DNA of 64,000 nt from Epiperipatus broadwayi (lineage: Eukaryota; Animalia; Onychophora). Under the pieces are notes generated by a model. The model was given only the letters and a program-made list of their open reading frames with translations, had not been told where the DNA came from and made no database searches. The translations under genes were made by a program, and so were the position numbers. Each line of letters begins with the position of its first letter. Within the stretch, counting starts at the first letter, position 1. Of this stretch, positions 51,560 through 64,000 are shown in pieces. The DNA lies in assembly GCA_028023455.1 (NCBI GenBank), contig JAQFVV010000006.1, positions 14,446,001 through 14,510,000 of the forward strand, in the 5' to 3' direction.

Positions 51560-52330
51560 AAATCTGACAATATACTTCATACTTTAACCAATGATGGAAC
51601 CCTAACATTAAATTTTGTTTTAGATTGAGAAACATTGCTACTAAAAATTTTTCCTGAAGGTTTATGATGATGGCGTTCTAGTTGTATTTTTATATTGGAC
51701 TATTTCCATCATCTAATATGTGTGTCGAATGTCTTTAGAAAATTTAATTTTGTTTAAATACTCCAAATACATTCACCTGTTAGTAATATCGGTAATAGTA
51801 TGTATACTGAACCCCACTATTTGATGGTGTTGTTTTTCACACAACACACATCAATATACCATTTTAGCAGCCTTAACTTATAGCTGACACTACAATAGGT
51901 GTTGTTTGAGCACTACCTGAGGGCGATGTATTTTATGATTATGTAACGAAATACTACGCCCATTGCATTGCGACAGTATTCCTCAAGTGAGCACTATTGA
52001 ACTCTCACTACAGTCTGATTTTATGATGGCCATATTTGAAAGAGGCAGAACTCTCCAAAAATTCATTGTCGGAAATTTTTTTAGAAAGCGTAGTGGAATT
52101 AGTATCCCATATTAAGAAATGTCATGTCATCATACATGCTTTCCTATGCTTTTGAACTGCACATAACATCAAAAGATTATTTTCAGCAGAGTTTTTACCG
52201 ATTTCCCACACAAATGCATGTTTATGTGTGAATCCATGCGAGAACAGTAAAAAGGCATCTGCAAGTTGTCAAAATTGGTTGAAGCTGAGTGAATTTCTGG
52301 CCACAGGGACAGGACTTCTTCCAGGCCATA
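51560..52330 (-). mobile_element. Merlin/IS1595(ISXO2)-like transposase remnant, heavily decayed
   Basis: Fragments NTVAMQWA*YFV, WYIDVCCEK..HQIVG and GSII; inverted homolog at ~53409-53480 and ~53820-53885. Confidence 0.4.
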
Positions 52331-52959
52331 CTAGGCGAGATTAGCATGTCGAAGTTTTTTTTTTTTTGGTTTTGGTTTCCTGTTATTTTATTTGCATGTT
52401 ACTTTTGGCTGTTGTATTTTTTTTATGCCCCCATAAACGGTATTTTTTACTTGTTTTGGTCACAACTTGTCCAAAGTTTTATTTATTTTTGATTCAATAA
52501 ATTATTTCATGGGAAACTGTTATTGTTGTTGTTGGTGTTCACATGATTCTAAAGAGTAGGTAGGTAATATTTTATTCCAAAAAAGGAAGTGTTTAAGAGT
52601 TTCTTCAAAAGGCCAAAATAATAATAATAAACAACTGTGCGGTAATATAAATGTTCAAAAAGAAAGTCAAAAAAGAAGTCGATAATTAAAAATCAAAACA
52701 AACCTTCCCCCACCCCCCCTCCCTCTTAAAAAAAAGTGTTCTTTAAAAACAAATTGTTTATGTTTTTTTTAAAAAGGCCAAAAAATTAAGGAAGAACTTC
52801 TCGCTATCACATAAAGGTATCAATAAATATTTGGAAAAAAACCTCGTAATCAATTAAAAAAAAAGACAACAATTCAAAATCAAAATAACCCCTCCCCTCC
52901 ACCCTCTAAAAGGCAAGTGTTGGTTTATTCAAAAATACTGAATTGTTTAAGTCTTTCAA

Positions 52960-53400
52960 ATAAAGACATCCAACAGACCATTAGTCGATAATTTAAAAGC
53001 AAACCAACAACACTACACCATCTAAAAACAAAGTGTTTGTTTCTTAAAAAATGAACCAAAAAAAAACCGGGTGAAAAAAAAACAGACCATTAGTCGATAA
53101 TTTAAAAGCAAACCAACACCCCTACACCATCTAAAAACAAAGTATTTATTTCTCTAAAAATGAACAAAAAAAAAACAACTTTCATTTACCGTAATATTAT
53201 GTAAAGAAACCGACGGACCATTAGTCGATAATTTAAAAACAAACCAACACCCCTACACCATTTAAAAACAAAGTGTTTGTTTATTAACAAAACGAAAAAA
53301 AAAAACTGTGAAAAAAAAAACTTTGGTTTACCGTAATATTATGTAAACCAAACAGACGGACTGAAAAAAAAACTGTAATGTTATATAAACAAACAGACGA
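52960..53400. repeat. Degenerate tandem repeat, ~110-130-bp units
   Basis: GACCATTAGTCGATAATTTAAAA..CTACACCAT.TAAAAACAAAG at ~52976, 53085 and 53216. Confidence 0.8.
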
Positions 53401-53481
53401 ACCATGAATTGGTATATTGATGTGTATTGGGCGAAAAACAGCGTCATCAAATGATACAGTTCAGTATACATACTATTACCA

Positions 53482-53790
53482 TAATATCACAGCAAACAGG
53501 TTAGTATATGCACCAACTGTCAGTAATATCACAGCAAACAGGTTAGTATATGCACTAACTGTTAGTAATGTCACAGCAAACAGGTTAGTATATGCACAAC
53601 ATTTCGAGAGGTATTATTTTCCCCTCTTCTTCAGGTGATGCTGGCCTGACCAATGACAGTAGCATGGGATTCAAACTTGGGTCTTTAGATTCTTGATTAT
53701 TGAATTTTATGATAACACTCTAACCAACTGAGCCACTAACAGTTGGTGCATATACTAACCTGTTTGCTGTGATATTACTAACAGTTGAAT
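53482..53790. repeat. 42-bp tandem repeat (about 3 copies) plus an inverted copy at ~53736-53790
   Basis: TAATATCACAGCAAACAGGTTAGTATATGCAC. Confidence 0.85.
53661..53737 (-). mobile_element. tRNA-derived SINE head
   Basis: GTGGCTCAGTTGGTTAGAG A-box and degenerate AGTTTGAATCCC B-box. Confidence 0.5.
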
Positions 53791-54781
53791 GTTTTTGGAA
53801 TATTTAACTAAAATTAAACTTTTCTAAAACATTCAACACACATATTCGATGATTGAAATAGTCCAATATAAAAATACAATTGCTACTGAAACATTTGAAA
53901 AGACTCAGATTGTAAATGGCATTCGAGTCATGAATTGCAAGTATTATTTAAAATGGTTTGCAAAATTTTATGATAGCAGGAAAAGTATTGAAGAGGATCC
54001 ATGAAGGAATGAAACACCCAATCACATTTTACATCATAATGCATGATCTAAACATGCTAGTGTCTTGAATTTTTTGTGGTATATAGCTGAACTGTAGCAC
54101 TATGTAATGCATGCATTGCTCAAGAGATGGCTATGTAGGGAGATTGGCGAGAAAACACTGTATATTTAATCTATTAGAAACTTATCTATTCAAGACTTCA
54201 ATAACACTATTGTTACTTGGAGAATTCTAAAATCATCACATTTCAATAATTTTGATTTGTTTTTAATAGACTCATTCTCGTTATTTAAATAAGATATCTT
54301 TACATTACCTTTATAAGCCTTTTATTTAATAATTATTATACTAAACACTTAAAGTAATAAAAATAGTTATTAAATCAGTTAACATCTGTTTACATTATGA
54401 ACAGATATGGGCAAAAAAATACATGTTTTTAATATATCTATATACACATGTATTTTTAATTGCTCCAACTCATTTCCTTTCAAATTAACTTGCTTTTAAA
54501 AAATAACTGAACAGGAAATAACTGTAGCTTCCAATGAGTTATATAATGTAAATAAACTCTCAAAACACAGATGGCATTACCTGTCTCTTAGCATTTGTCC
54601 TTAGTATGCTTAGTTTATTTACGAATTTTTAAATGAGAGAATGAATTCAATTTATTGATTTTGCATATATTTATAGAATAAATGATGTGTTATTCAGAGG
54701 ATCACTCCTTTATTTAAAATTATGTAAATTAACTAAGCAAAACCCTCCTCAAAAGATAGATAACACCATCTATCTTTTAAA

Positions 54782-54850
54782 GCAGTGGTCTTCAACCACC
54801 GGTCCGCGGACCAGCACCGGGCTGCAGAAGTTTTCTTCCAGGCCACGCTA
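54782..54850 (+). mobile_element. hAT (Buster-like) left end fragment
   Basis: CAGTGGTCTTCAACCACCGGTCCGCGGACCAG, similar to the 32687 terminus. Confidence 0.55.
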
Positions 54851-56219
54851 GATTAGCAAGAAAGTTAGTAATAACAAAATAATAAGATTTTAAACTTTTA
54901 ATTAATATAAACAGTTTTATTTATTCTTTCATCGCATTTTTACTCGGTTAAAAAAAAAAAAACAGAACAAAAACGAAATCTAATCAATCATACATAAATT
55001 AATTTGTTTTTCCATTTATCACAGATGTTTATGGAGGGGTAGAATTAAATTTTTTATTATTTTTCTAAAAACATTTTAAAAAAAAGTTTTTTACTGTACA
55101 AACTCCAGTTGTCTTTTGATAGCCAATCACGGCCACTTGTCAGCACTGTTTATGTGTTAAAACAATAAAATGTAACGTTACCGGGCCGCAATTTTAAAAA
55201 TACTGTGACTTTTTTTGATCTTTTAAATTTTTTCTACTCCCTCTGTTAATAAATATTTTATTTTTAGTGTTTTTTTTTTTTTTTTGGCTTTAACATTTAT
55301 TCTTAAAATCAATTTTTTTTTACCTTTTTTTAAAAATAAAAACCAAAAAATAACTTCTGTCTCTAACTTTTACAAAGTATTTCTCAATACACCCCCCCAC
55401 CCCAAAATAAAGTAAGAGCAAAGCTTTTGACTTTTTTAAGTTTCAGGTTTTTTTTGTTTTGTTTAAAAATACGGCCACTTTTTTTTGGCCTGTAACGATA
55501 TCTTTTTTACCTTTATTTGTATACCGCTCATATACTAAAACTTTTATTTTTAAAACCAATTTTTATTACCTTTTTTTAAAAATAAAAACAAACCAAATGT
55601 AACAAGTTTGTGGTTATGTAGACATGTGTAAATGTGATGAAAGAGATGAGAAAGTGGTTTCTAAGTGTAGATAGTCTAAAGAGAAAGTCGGGGGGAGGGC
55701 AAAAATGTAGTTGAGGAAGATAGGACAGAGTATGGTTTTAGTGGAGTGTCAGGAGATATGGATGGAGAAATTAGTAGTGCGATGGAGATGGTTAGCCAAA
55801 GTATAAGTAAGCTAGAGGAAGAGGTGAAGGATGTAGAAGGAAAATTAAAATTTGTTAGAGATAAAGTATAAGCAGATAAAGGAATTATTGATTAGGAATG
55901 ATAAGGAAAAGGGTATTCATCCTTTAACCATGCGTGCTGCTTAATGGTGTTATTTATGCGTAAATTCACATAAAAATGCTGTTTAAGCAGCCGCAGGATG
56001 TATGTTACATCTAATCCAATCTTATATTGTATTAGACCTTGCACATAAATATTACAACATGCTTTGTGCTTCATGAGTAACTTCATGTGAATTCTCACAC
56101 ATAAACTTTTACTTCCATCTTATGTGAGGGTATGTATATGTCAAATGTTTTAAATTTTTTACTTTGAAATGTTTTTTTTTTTTTGCTAAATGAAAATTAT
56201 GTAATTTGACTAAAATGCA

Positions 56220-56600
56220 ATTGTCACAAAGTTCAATTCATCCTGGAGACAAATTTGAAGGTGACAAAAGTAGTCTGAATGTAGGAATGAACCAAATTCT
56301 GAGAAGGTCATGCATCAAGCAACATCTTGTTGAGACAAACAAAATGGTACATTTTAGCAAAGAAATAATCTGCTTGAAAGATTTGCCACCAACAGAATTA
56401 GATGCTGTAGCATTTCTGCAAGTGAAAAATGTTCTAATAAATTAGAAGACTTGCATTTGTGGATCATCAATGATAGTTTATAATACAAATACAACAAGTC
56501 AGTTCAGATGTTCATCATGTTCCTGTGATTGAAGTTGTTCTGTTAAGAATGGGATTTGGTTTGACGGCTCGAGAACAGAGATGTCTGTGAGACCCAATCC
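56220..56600 (+). mobile_element. Merlin/ISXO2-like transposase N-terminal zinc-ribbon remnant
   Basis: LPPTELDAVAFLQ..*KTCICGSSM..FRCSSCSCD*SCSVKNGIWFDGS. Confidence 0.6.
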
Positions 56601-57024
56601 ACAGCAGCAGCTTTCATAGAAACTTGTAAAAATTTTTTTTTTTTTGCTTTTTTATTGTTGTTGTTGTTCCGATTTCACTTGAAATTTGTTTTGTATTTTG
56701 ATTAACAATAATAATAAAAAAACACTTTTCATTGCTGTTTTTGTGTTTAGATGTGTGTTTGTGTTATGAAAACCTTTTTTTTTTTAACGGTTAAAGGATT
56801 CATACCAAATAATGATTTAAAAAGATAAACTAACCGTAAGACAAAAAACAGTTGATTTCGTGTTTTAATTAATAAAAAAGCAAAACAACTTTCAAAAAGC
56901 AAAACAGTTTTTATTTGTGCTTTTTCTGTTTATATGTGTGTGCATGTCTGGATTTAAAAAAAAGGTTGACAATGTTTATAAAAATAAAAAAAAGACTAAA
57001 AACAATTAAACTAACTTATTAAAT

Positions 57025-57715
57025 TAGAGCAGGCCCTATAATGTTACATTTTATGCATGTGTCTGTATTATAAAAAAAGGTGGGCAATGTTTATAAATAA
57101 AAAAAGAAGAAAAGTTGACCAAAAACAACCATAACAACATCAAAAAAAAAAGAGACCAAAAACAATTAAACTACCTAATAAAATTAAAGCGGGTCATGTA
57201 AAGTTACATTTGGTGTGTGTGTGTGTATGTATAAAAAAAAAATAAAAAAGGTTGACAATGTTTTGTTTTTTTTTTTAAAAAAAAAAAAGTTGAACCAAAA
57301 ATTAACTGTAACAACATCAAAGAAAAAAGGACCAAAACCAATTAAACTACCTAATCAAAATAAAGTGGATCCTGGAAAGTTACATTTGAGTATGTTACAA
57401 AAAAAGTAAAAAAAAGGTTAACAATGTTTATAAAAAAAAAAGAAAAGTTGACCAAAAACTAACCATAACAACATCAAAAAAAAAAAAAGACCAAAAACAA
57501 TTAAACTACCTAATCAAAAATAAAGCGGACCCTGTAAAGTTATATTTGATGTGTGTGTGTATTATAAAAAAGTAAAAAAAGGTTGACAGTGTTTATAAAA
57601 AAAAGAAAAGTTGACCAAAAAATAACCGTAACAACATCACAAAGAAAAAGATTAAAAAAAATTAAATACGTAGTAAAATTAAAGCCGGGCCCGGTAATGT
57701 TACATTTTATGTGAT
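57025..57715. repeat. Subterminal tandem array (~160-175-bp units, about 4 plus a partial)
   Basis: GG.CC.GTAA.GTTACATTT at ~57030, 57190, 57367, 57527 and 57688; last unit inverted to ATAAAATGTAACGTTACCGGGCC at ~55167. Confidence 0.8.
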
Positions 57716-57739
57716 TTTGCAAAGAAACAATGCCATCAA

Positions 57740-60700
57740 GCAGCAGGCGCATCTAAAAGATTAATACTGGAAGAAGTAGATAAGGAGGTCCAGAAAGTGG
57801 TAGAAAATGTTATGGATGGAGCAGAGAAAGTAACCTATGAGACAGTATTGAGAGGAGATTCACTAATTAGAGAATGTGGTGATATAATTGCAAGGGAAAA
57901 TAGAAGTAGGTATGTAAGAGTACTTTTACCTGGAGCTAGAATTAGGGATGTGACAGATAAAGTAAAAAGGCAAGGTAATAGAGATGTGTATGTTATGGGA
58001 CTAATAATTTGTCAGAACCATCAGAGAGAATAATGAATGAGTATATAAAATTGATTAGGAATTTAAGTAAGATTAAAGAAAGAGTAGAGATAGTTGGATT
58101 ATTACCAAGATTTGACAAGAGGCATTTGTTAGATAGGGCATGTTCTATTAATGAGAGGTTGAAAAAATTGTGTGAGAAAAATGATGTTATGTTTGTAGAT
58201 GTGTGGGCTTGGTTTATTGAAAAGAAGAAGTTATATAGTAAAGACATATTGCACTTAGGAAAATAAGGAAGTGAAGTTATAGGGAGTCTGATTTATAAAG
58301 AAATATAATTTGGGAAACTTATAAAGGGGGGTAGAGTTATAAATTGCAGAACTATCAAAAAGAAGAAGAATGGATGGGATGTAAGAAGTAAGGAAAGGGT
58401 AGGTGATTTAGATATGTGTAGATGTGGAGAGGAATTGGGTTTGTAAAATTAATGGTAAGGAAGTTATTTATAAACATAATGGAGAAGAAAGAATCAAAAG
58501 AATTTATAAAAGAGTAGTTAGGAAATATAAAAATTGTTAAAATTGAGTATTTAAATATGCAAGGTGGTAGGAGACCAGAAAATTGGCTGGGATTAAACAA
58601 ACTAATTGAAAATGAAGAGGTGAGGTATTAGCAGTAGTGGAAATACATCTAAGAAAAGAAGAACCTATTTTAAAAGATTTGGTATGGCAGGGTATAAATA
58701 GGAAAGAGAGAAAAAAAGGGGTATAGGTGTTATATCAAAAAAATATTTAGATACTGTTAAATGCCAAGAACATTTGTGGTTTGAAATAAGGTTGGGAAGG
58801 CAACAATAGATGGTGGCTATAGTTTATATAACCACTGGAGATAGTCAAACTATAATGGAGTGGAACAGTAGCATATATGAATGCCTAGTTAAAAATATAC
58901 ATATTTTTAAAGAAAAGGGGAAGAGAATAATGGTTATAGGAGATAGAATGGGAATATTGAAGAAATTGATGATGTAGATAATAAGAATGGACAGATTTTG
59001 AAGAAATTTTATCAGAAAGTGAATTTGAGCATTGTGAATTTATCAAATATTTATGAGGTACAATACACAAGGTCAAGAAATAATATATTCCACAGGCATT
59101 TGGTAATGAAGAGAGCATAAATAATAGTGATCACAATTTTTTTTGTAATCGAAATGGTTAGTAATGTGATGGAGAATAGAAATAAAAGTAGAAATAATAG
59201 TGAAAGATGTGAATGGAGAGTGAATGATAAAAATGAGTTGAAAGAGTATATAATACAAGTTGAAGAAACCATGAAAGAGTTGGTTTGACATGAGTATAAA
59301 GACTGGTGTGATGAAATAGAAAAAGTGGCAAATGGAGTTTTAGGTGAGAATATTCAGAAGAATAAAAGTAATAAAAAAATGAGTTAGTAAAAGTGTAAAA
59401 AAGAGGGGGAAAGCATGCAGAGAATATAAATGTTCTATTAAGAACAAAGAAAGTGAAAAAAGATATTAATTCTAAATAGGAAAGGTAACTAGAAAAGAAA
59501 AAGTTAGCTAAAATAGATAATTATAGAGAGAGAGAATGAAATTGAATAGTAAATTGTTGGAGGATATTAATAAAACTAGAAGAGATGAAAGTAAAAAAAT
59601 TTGAAATTACATTAAAAGGAGAAATGTGGGGGAGAGAGATAGTATTACTAGATGGTGAGGGAATAGAGTGTAGCTCTAGAGAAGAATTAGAGAGACTCTT
59701 GAATAGGTATGTAATGGATATAGAAAAGATGTTAGATGTGAAGGACAGGGGGATAAAAAATATGAAAGCATATAGTAATGGGAATATTAGATTTACAGAA
59801 AGAAAAAATAAACTGAATATGGCAGGGAAGAAATTGGAAAAATGGAAAGGCAAGAAGTTTAGATGGATGGGCAGCAGAGATGGTAAGGAATTTAGGGCAC
59901 AGGGCAAAAGTAAAGCTATTATCATGTTTTAATAAGATGGCACATAAGATGGTTTTCCAGGTAGTTGGAGTAATACAAGAGTAAGATTATTATTTAAAGG
60001 AAAGGATAAGGATCATAGATAGTTAAATAATTATAGACCGATAGCGGTAACATCAATTTTATATAAAGTTTTTTCATTTATAATGGCTGGAAAATGAATG
60101 AAGGAATATAGTTTAGTGGGGGAAATGCAAGGACATTTTAGGTCAGATAGGCATATAGGAGATAGTTTATTTGTAGTTACACAACTTATGGATATGAGTA
60201 GGAATTCAGGTAGACAGTTATATATGAGTTTTATAGATATAGAGAACATATGATAGAGTAAATAGAAATAGATTATGTGTAAGTTTAGCAAATTTGGGAA
60301 TGGGTGAAGCCTTAGTGGATATTATGAAAATAATTATATATATATTGTGACGACCACGTAAAGTCGTCGACACACATATATATTTATTAATAACATTAGA
60401 TAAATTCGCTAACAAGAAGTAATAAAGGTGAAATAAATTAGCTATTAAATTTGTAAAAAAAGGAAGGAAAGGAAAAAATTGAAAGTCTAATGTCAAAATT
60501 ACTGTGGATTTTGTAATAGTAAGAGAAGGGGAGGGAGGTGCATAAAGAAATGCGTTTCTTTCTCTCTTGTAAGCCAAATGCTAGAAAGTTATTTTTGTTT
60601 ATTTTGGGAGAGGGGAAGGGGATGCATAAAGAAATGCATTTCTTCTCTCTCATTAAAAACTATATAATAACAAATTAAAATAAAATGTAAAACACAAATG

Positions 60701-63590
60701 TGAAAAAAAAAAAGAATTGTAAACTTTAAATAAAATGTAATATGTGATATATAAAAAGAAAAACAATATGGCCGTAGGTGTGAAAGTCTGTTGGACAAAT
60801 TAAATTCCATGGACAAAGGAAATGTTAACAACGGAAGATCTTTGCCTGATCTGTTAAATTAATTGGGACTTACATTCCAGCCACTAATTAAATAAAGAAA
60901 CATAATGATAAGAATTGGTTGGAAATCTAAGTCTTAATTAAAAATTTTAAAAACAATGAACAAAAGAAAGAGATTAAGAAAATTACAATTTTTATCTGGC
61001 ATTGCTAGTAGAGACTTTGAAGAAGCAACAGCTCAAAGAAAATGAAAGAAGTGCATGGCTAGTGGCGTTAAAGGGATGTGGGTTCGGATTCAAGCCGTCT
61101 CATCACTGACTCACAATGTCAGATCTTTGCCTGACCTGCTAGAGGGACCGCCGCTTCTGTAGCTGTCAACTGAAACTCAACCTAAAGAATCAACAAGCAA
61201 AACTGGAACGAGAAATAACCCCACAAACTGAGGAAGTTAATCAAGAGCACTTGGAAGAAATACCCATGGGACAATTACAACAAAGCCTAGGTAAAAGCAT
61301 GCATGCATTTTAATCTGTTTACTACTCATAACTAAATACACAATTAATAATTTGATAAAATAGAACTCTATCAGCAGGACTTTAAGAACTTTAATATTTG
61401 ATCTGTTTTCATATGTTTTATTATAGCCATGTATTTTATAAGTGTGTGTTTTTTATTATTATTATTATAATGTATTTTTTTATATAAAATGTGAGTATTA
61501 TTATTAAACATATTTATCATTAAATTTCGTATCCTTGCTTTATTCTCCTATCACCAAGCTACGACAGGGGGAAAACTATAATTAGTGATTAAAAGGGCAT
61601 GCTGATTTGTTTAAGGTATTCATGTGCTGCTTGTTCATGCGAATTCCCAATTCTAAAAAAATAAATAGCAAGCGCTGGACATTCGTTAAATTTCTTTGAA
61701 ATAGCTGGCTCTGTTCAGCAGCCGAGAGTTCTTGGCCGGGAAAAATAACACCAAGATAATATGTACGTATTGCCTTGGGGTTCGGTCAAGGGTATAGGTA
61801 TGAAGTTAAATTCGTATCTGTATTAGCTCTCTGCTTGTATTGTAATGGCGGTGGTTAAATAAATAAACAATCCATTACAGTTGGAGGCTAAGCCGGGATA
61901 TTTCGGTTAGCAAAACTGTTAGTAAACAAATAAGAATAAGCAAATGCTGTAAAAATAAAATGTATAAGAAATAAATAAGATAATAAAGAATCAAAGTCGG
62001 AAAAAGAAATAAAGTATAATAAATAAATATAATATAAAATAAAATAATCGAAATAAATATAATTGAATACACAAATAAATAAATCAACCATACGAGTAAC
62101 CATTTCCGTTATAATATATATATATATATAACAATTGGGGAATATAGAATCAGTTAAAGTTAAAAATGGGATGGGACTAAGGCAAGGATGCCCTATATCA
62201 TCTACTTTGTTTTTGTTGTGTTTTAGTGAAATGGAGAGAGTTAGTAGGTGGCAAAGGAGTATATACTTTGTCAGGACTTTTTTTGCAGATGATGTCTTTT
62301 TGTGTGCAGAAAGAAAATAAGATATGGAAGTTATGCTGAGAACATGCGCAAGGATGGGGATTAAATTTAGTGAAGAAAAATCGAATATAATGATGATTAA
62401 TACTGAGGAAAGAAAAGACGAAGAATTTTTACTGGGGGATATAAAGTTAAGTGTGTTAGAGAGATATAGTTATTTGGGAAAGTAATCAGAAAAATTGCTT
62501 GGATGAATGAGAGAAAAAGTTGATAAATGAAGCAAAGAAAAGAAAGGGATTGATAAAGAAATTAAAAGTATTTTCATTTAATAAATATGATGTAGTTAGA
62601 ATTGTATGGAAGGGAGTTGCAGTAGCAGCAGGATTAACATATAACAATGATGCATTGTGTGGTTAGTAAAGGGGTATTATATTACTTACAAAAAGTACAA
62701 AGGGAAGTAGGAAGACATGCATTAGATGCAGATATGTGGATAGCAAATGAGGCAATTCAAGGAGAAATGGGATGGTCAAGTTTTTATATGAGAGATGTTC
62801 GGTAGATTGCAGTTTACGGTTAATAAAAGAATAGCCAAAATAGTATTCTGAGTAAAGGGCAGGCAACAATATGGGTGAGAAAGGTAATGCGGTATGCAGA
62901 AGATTTGGATAAAGAATTTATGTCAGTATATTTGTACAAAAGGTGGGATATTTGTGTTAGGAGGATTGTTGAGTCTTATAGTGGTAAGGAATGGGATAGA
63001 AAAATAGATGTATTAATAAAGTATAGTGAGTTCGAGAGATGGAGAACTAGTATGGAGAGTAAAAAGAGTTTAAATTTATATAGAAGTAAATGGAACATTA
63101 TGTGCCAGTTAATTTATGATAATAGTAAGGAAAATAGTTTATTGTTTAAGGCTCCAACGGGATCTTTAGCAACAGGGTAATATACACATAAATGAAAAAA
63201 TATGGATGATTTAGTCTGCAAGTTGTGTAAGGAAGGAATAGAAAATATTAGGCATCTCTTAATTCAATGTAAATGCTTGAAAGCAGAATGGGTACAAATA
63301 ATGAAGTTATGGAAGAATAAATATGAACAAGGTGATTATACAGAAAGTGGATTATTGGTTTTTATGCTGGATTTGGGAAAAGATTTCAAGGGGGATTTAG
63401 ATATGAAGGCCAAGGAGTTGACAAAGATTATGTTGTGGAAATGGAATGGAGCAGATGATGGGAAAACATAGGGTGTAGAAAAGAAAGGGAAAGTAAAGTG
63501 GCTAACAGGTTTCTCTGGGCATAGTTGCTGAGAGATTCCTGACTCCGTTTAAGGAGAAGTCACAGTGCATCACATCACATCACATCAATT
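57740..63590 (+). mobile_element. Decayed non-LTR retrotransposon: SGNH-esterase ORF1, ORF2 with APE, RT and C-terminal CCHC; (CATCA)n 3' tail
   Basis: GDSLIR..LPGARI..GLLPRF..SKDILHL; YLNMQG..VVE.H; NYRPIAVTS, QGHFR, GLRQGCPISSTLF, FFADD; CKLCKEGIENIRHLLIQC; many stops. Probable further 5' ORF1 piece at ~55620-55890. Confidence 0.9.
60346..62113. mobile_element. Probable solo LTR (Gypsy-like) inserted in the LINE RT
   Basis: TGTGACG...CGTTATA termini, ATAT 4-bp TSD in a TA run, no ORF; RT motifs stop before it and resume after it. Confidence 0.7.
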
Positions 63591-64000
63591 ATTCTTGAAT
63601 GCTTTTTAAACAGAAATTTAGATATAGTAACATCCAGCAATTCATTTATGATTACTTCCAAAACAAACTAAATGCGATTATTATTATTTAATGTAGGACA
63701 TAACTGGTTTAGAGTTTGGGTGCTCATATATACATACACACAAATTTTGTTTCGCAAGTTATTTTATGTATTTTGCACTCTTTTATTGATAACCGAATTT
63801 ATTATTAATATGGAAAATAAATATAGTTATTTGCTAAAAAAAGGCGCATTTTGTATAAGTATATTTATGGAAATTTAAGTATGAATTTTGTATTTCTAGA
63901 GAAAGTAAGGATATTATATTAGATAAATATATTTTAGATCGCTAACTGATAAGGATTTAATTAGGAATTAAATTTACGTATTTGCGATAAGAATATTGCG

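Noticed and set aside
53417-53638. Repeat protein (NITANRLVYAPTVS)n
   Set aside because: Translation artefact of a 42-bp tandem repeat
58355-62103. Minus-strand Phe/Leu/Ile-rich ORFs as membrane proteins
   Set aside because: Antisense read-through of the A/G-rich LINE and LTR sequence

Overview
AT-rich animal (invertebrate-like) genomic DNA. One host gene is present: GPN1 (GPN-loop GTPase 1/XAB1) on the minus strand, with 9 coding exons between 48104 and 109, continuing off the left edge. Its third intron looks like a U12-type (minor spliceosome) intron. The introns and the region beyond the promoter are filled with mobile-element remnants: three Penelope-like (RT/GIY-YIG) copies, mariner, Tigger/pogo, hAT, Merlin-like, RTE, a 5.8-kb LINE interrupted by a solo LTR, tRNA-derived SINE heads and a 19-copy ~115-bp tandem array. 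The main observation is a set of non-coding repeats carrying minimal type I hammerhead ribozyme (HHR) motifs whose stem III is a self-complementary palindrome. The most abundant has a 450-bp, terminally redundant and apparently circularly permuted monomer, is often folded back on itself, and shows compensatory base changes between copies. This fits a retrozyme-like or Penelope-pLTR-derived family that may be mobilised by the neighbouring Penelope-like elements. The 115-bp array appears to derive from one of these HHR elements. All alignments were done by eye; boundaries not fixed by splice sites, TIRs or TSDs are approximate, and ribozyme activity is untested.
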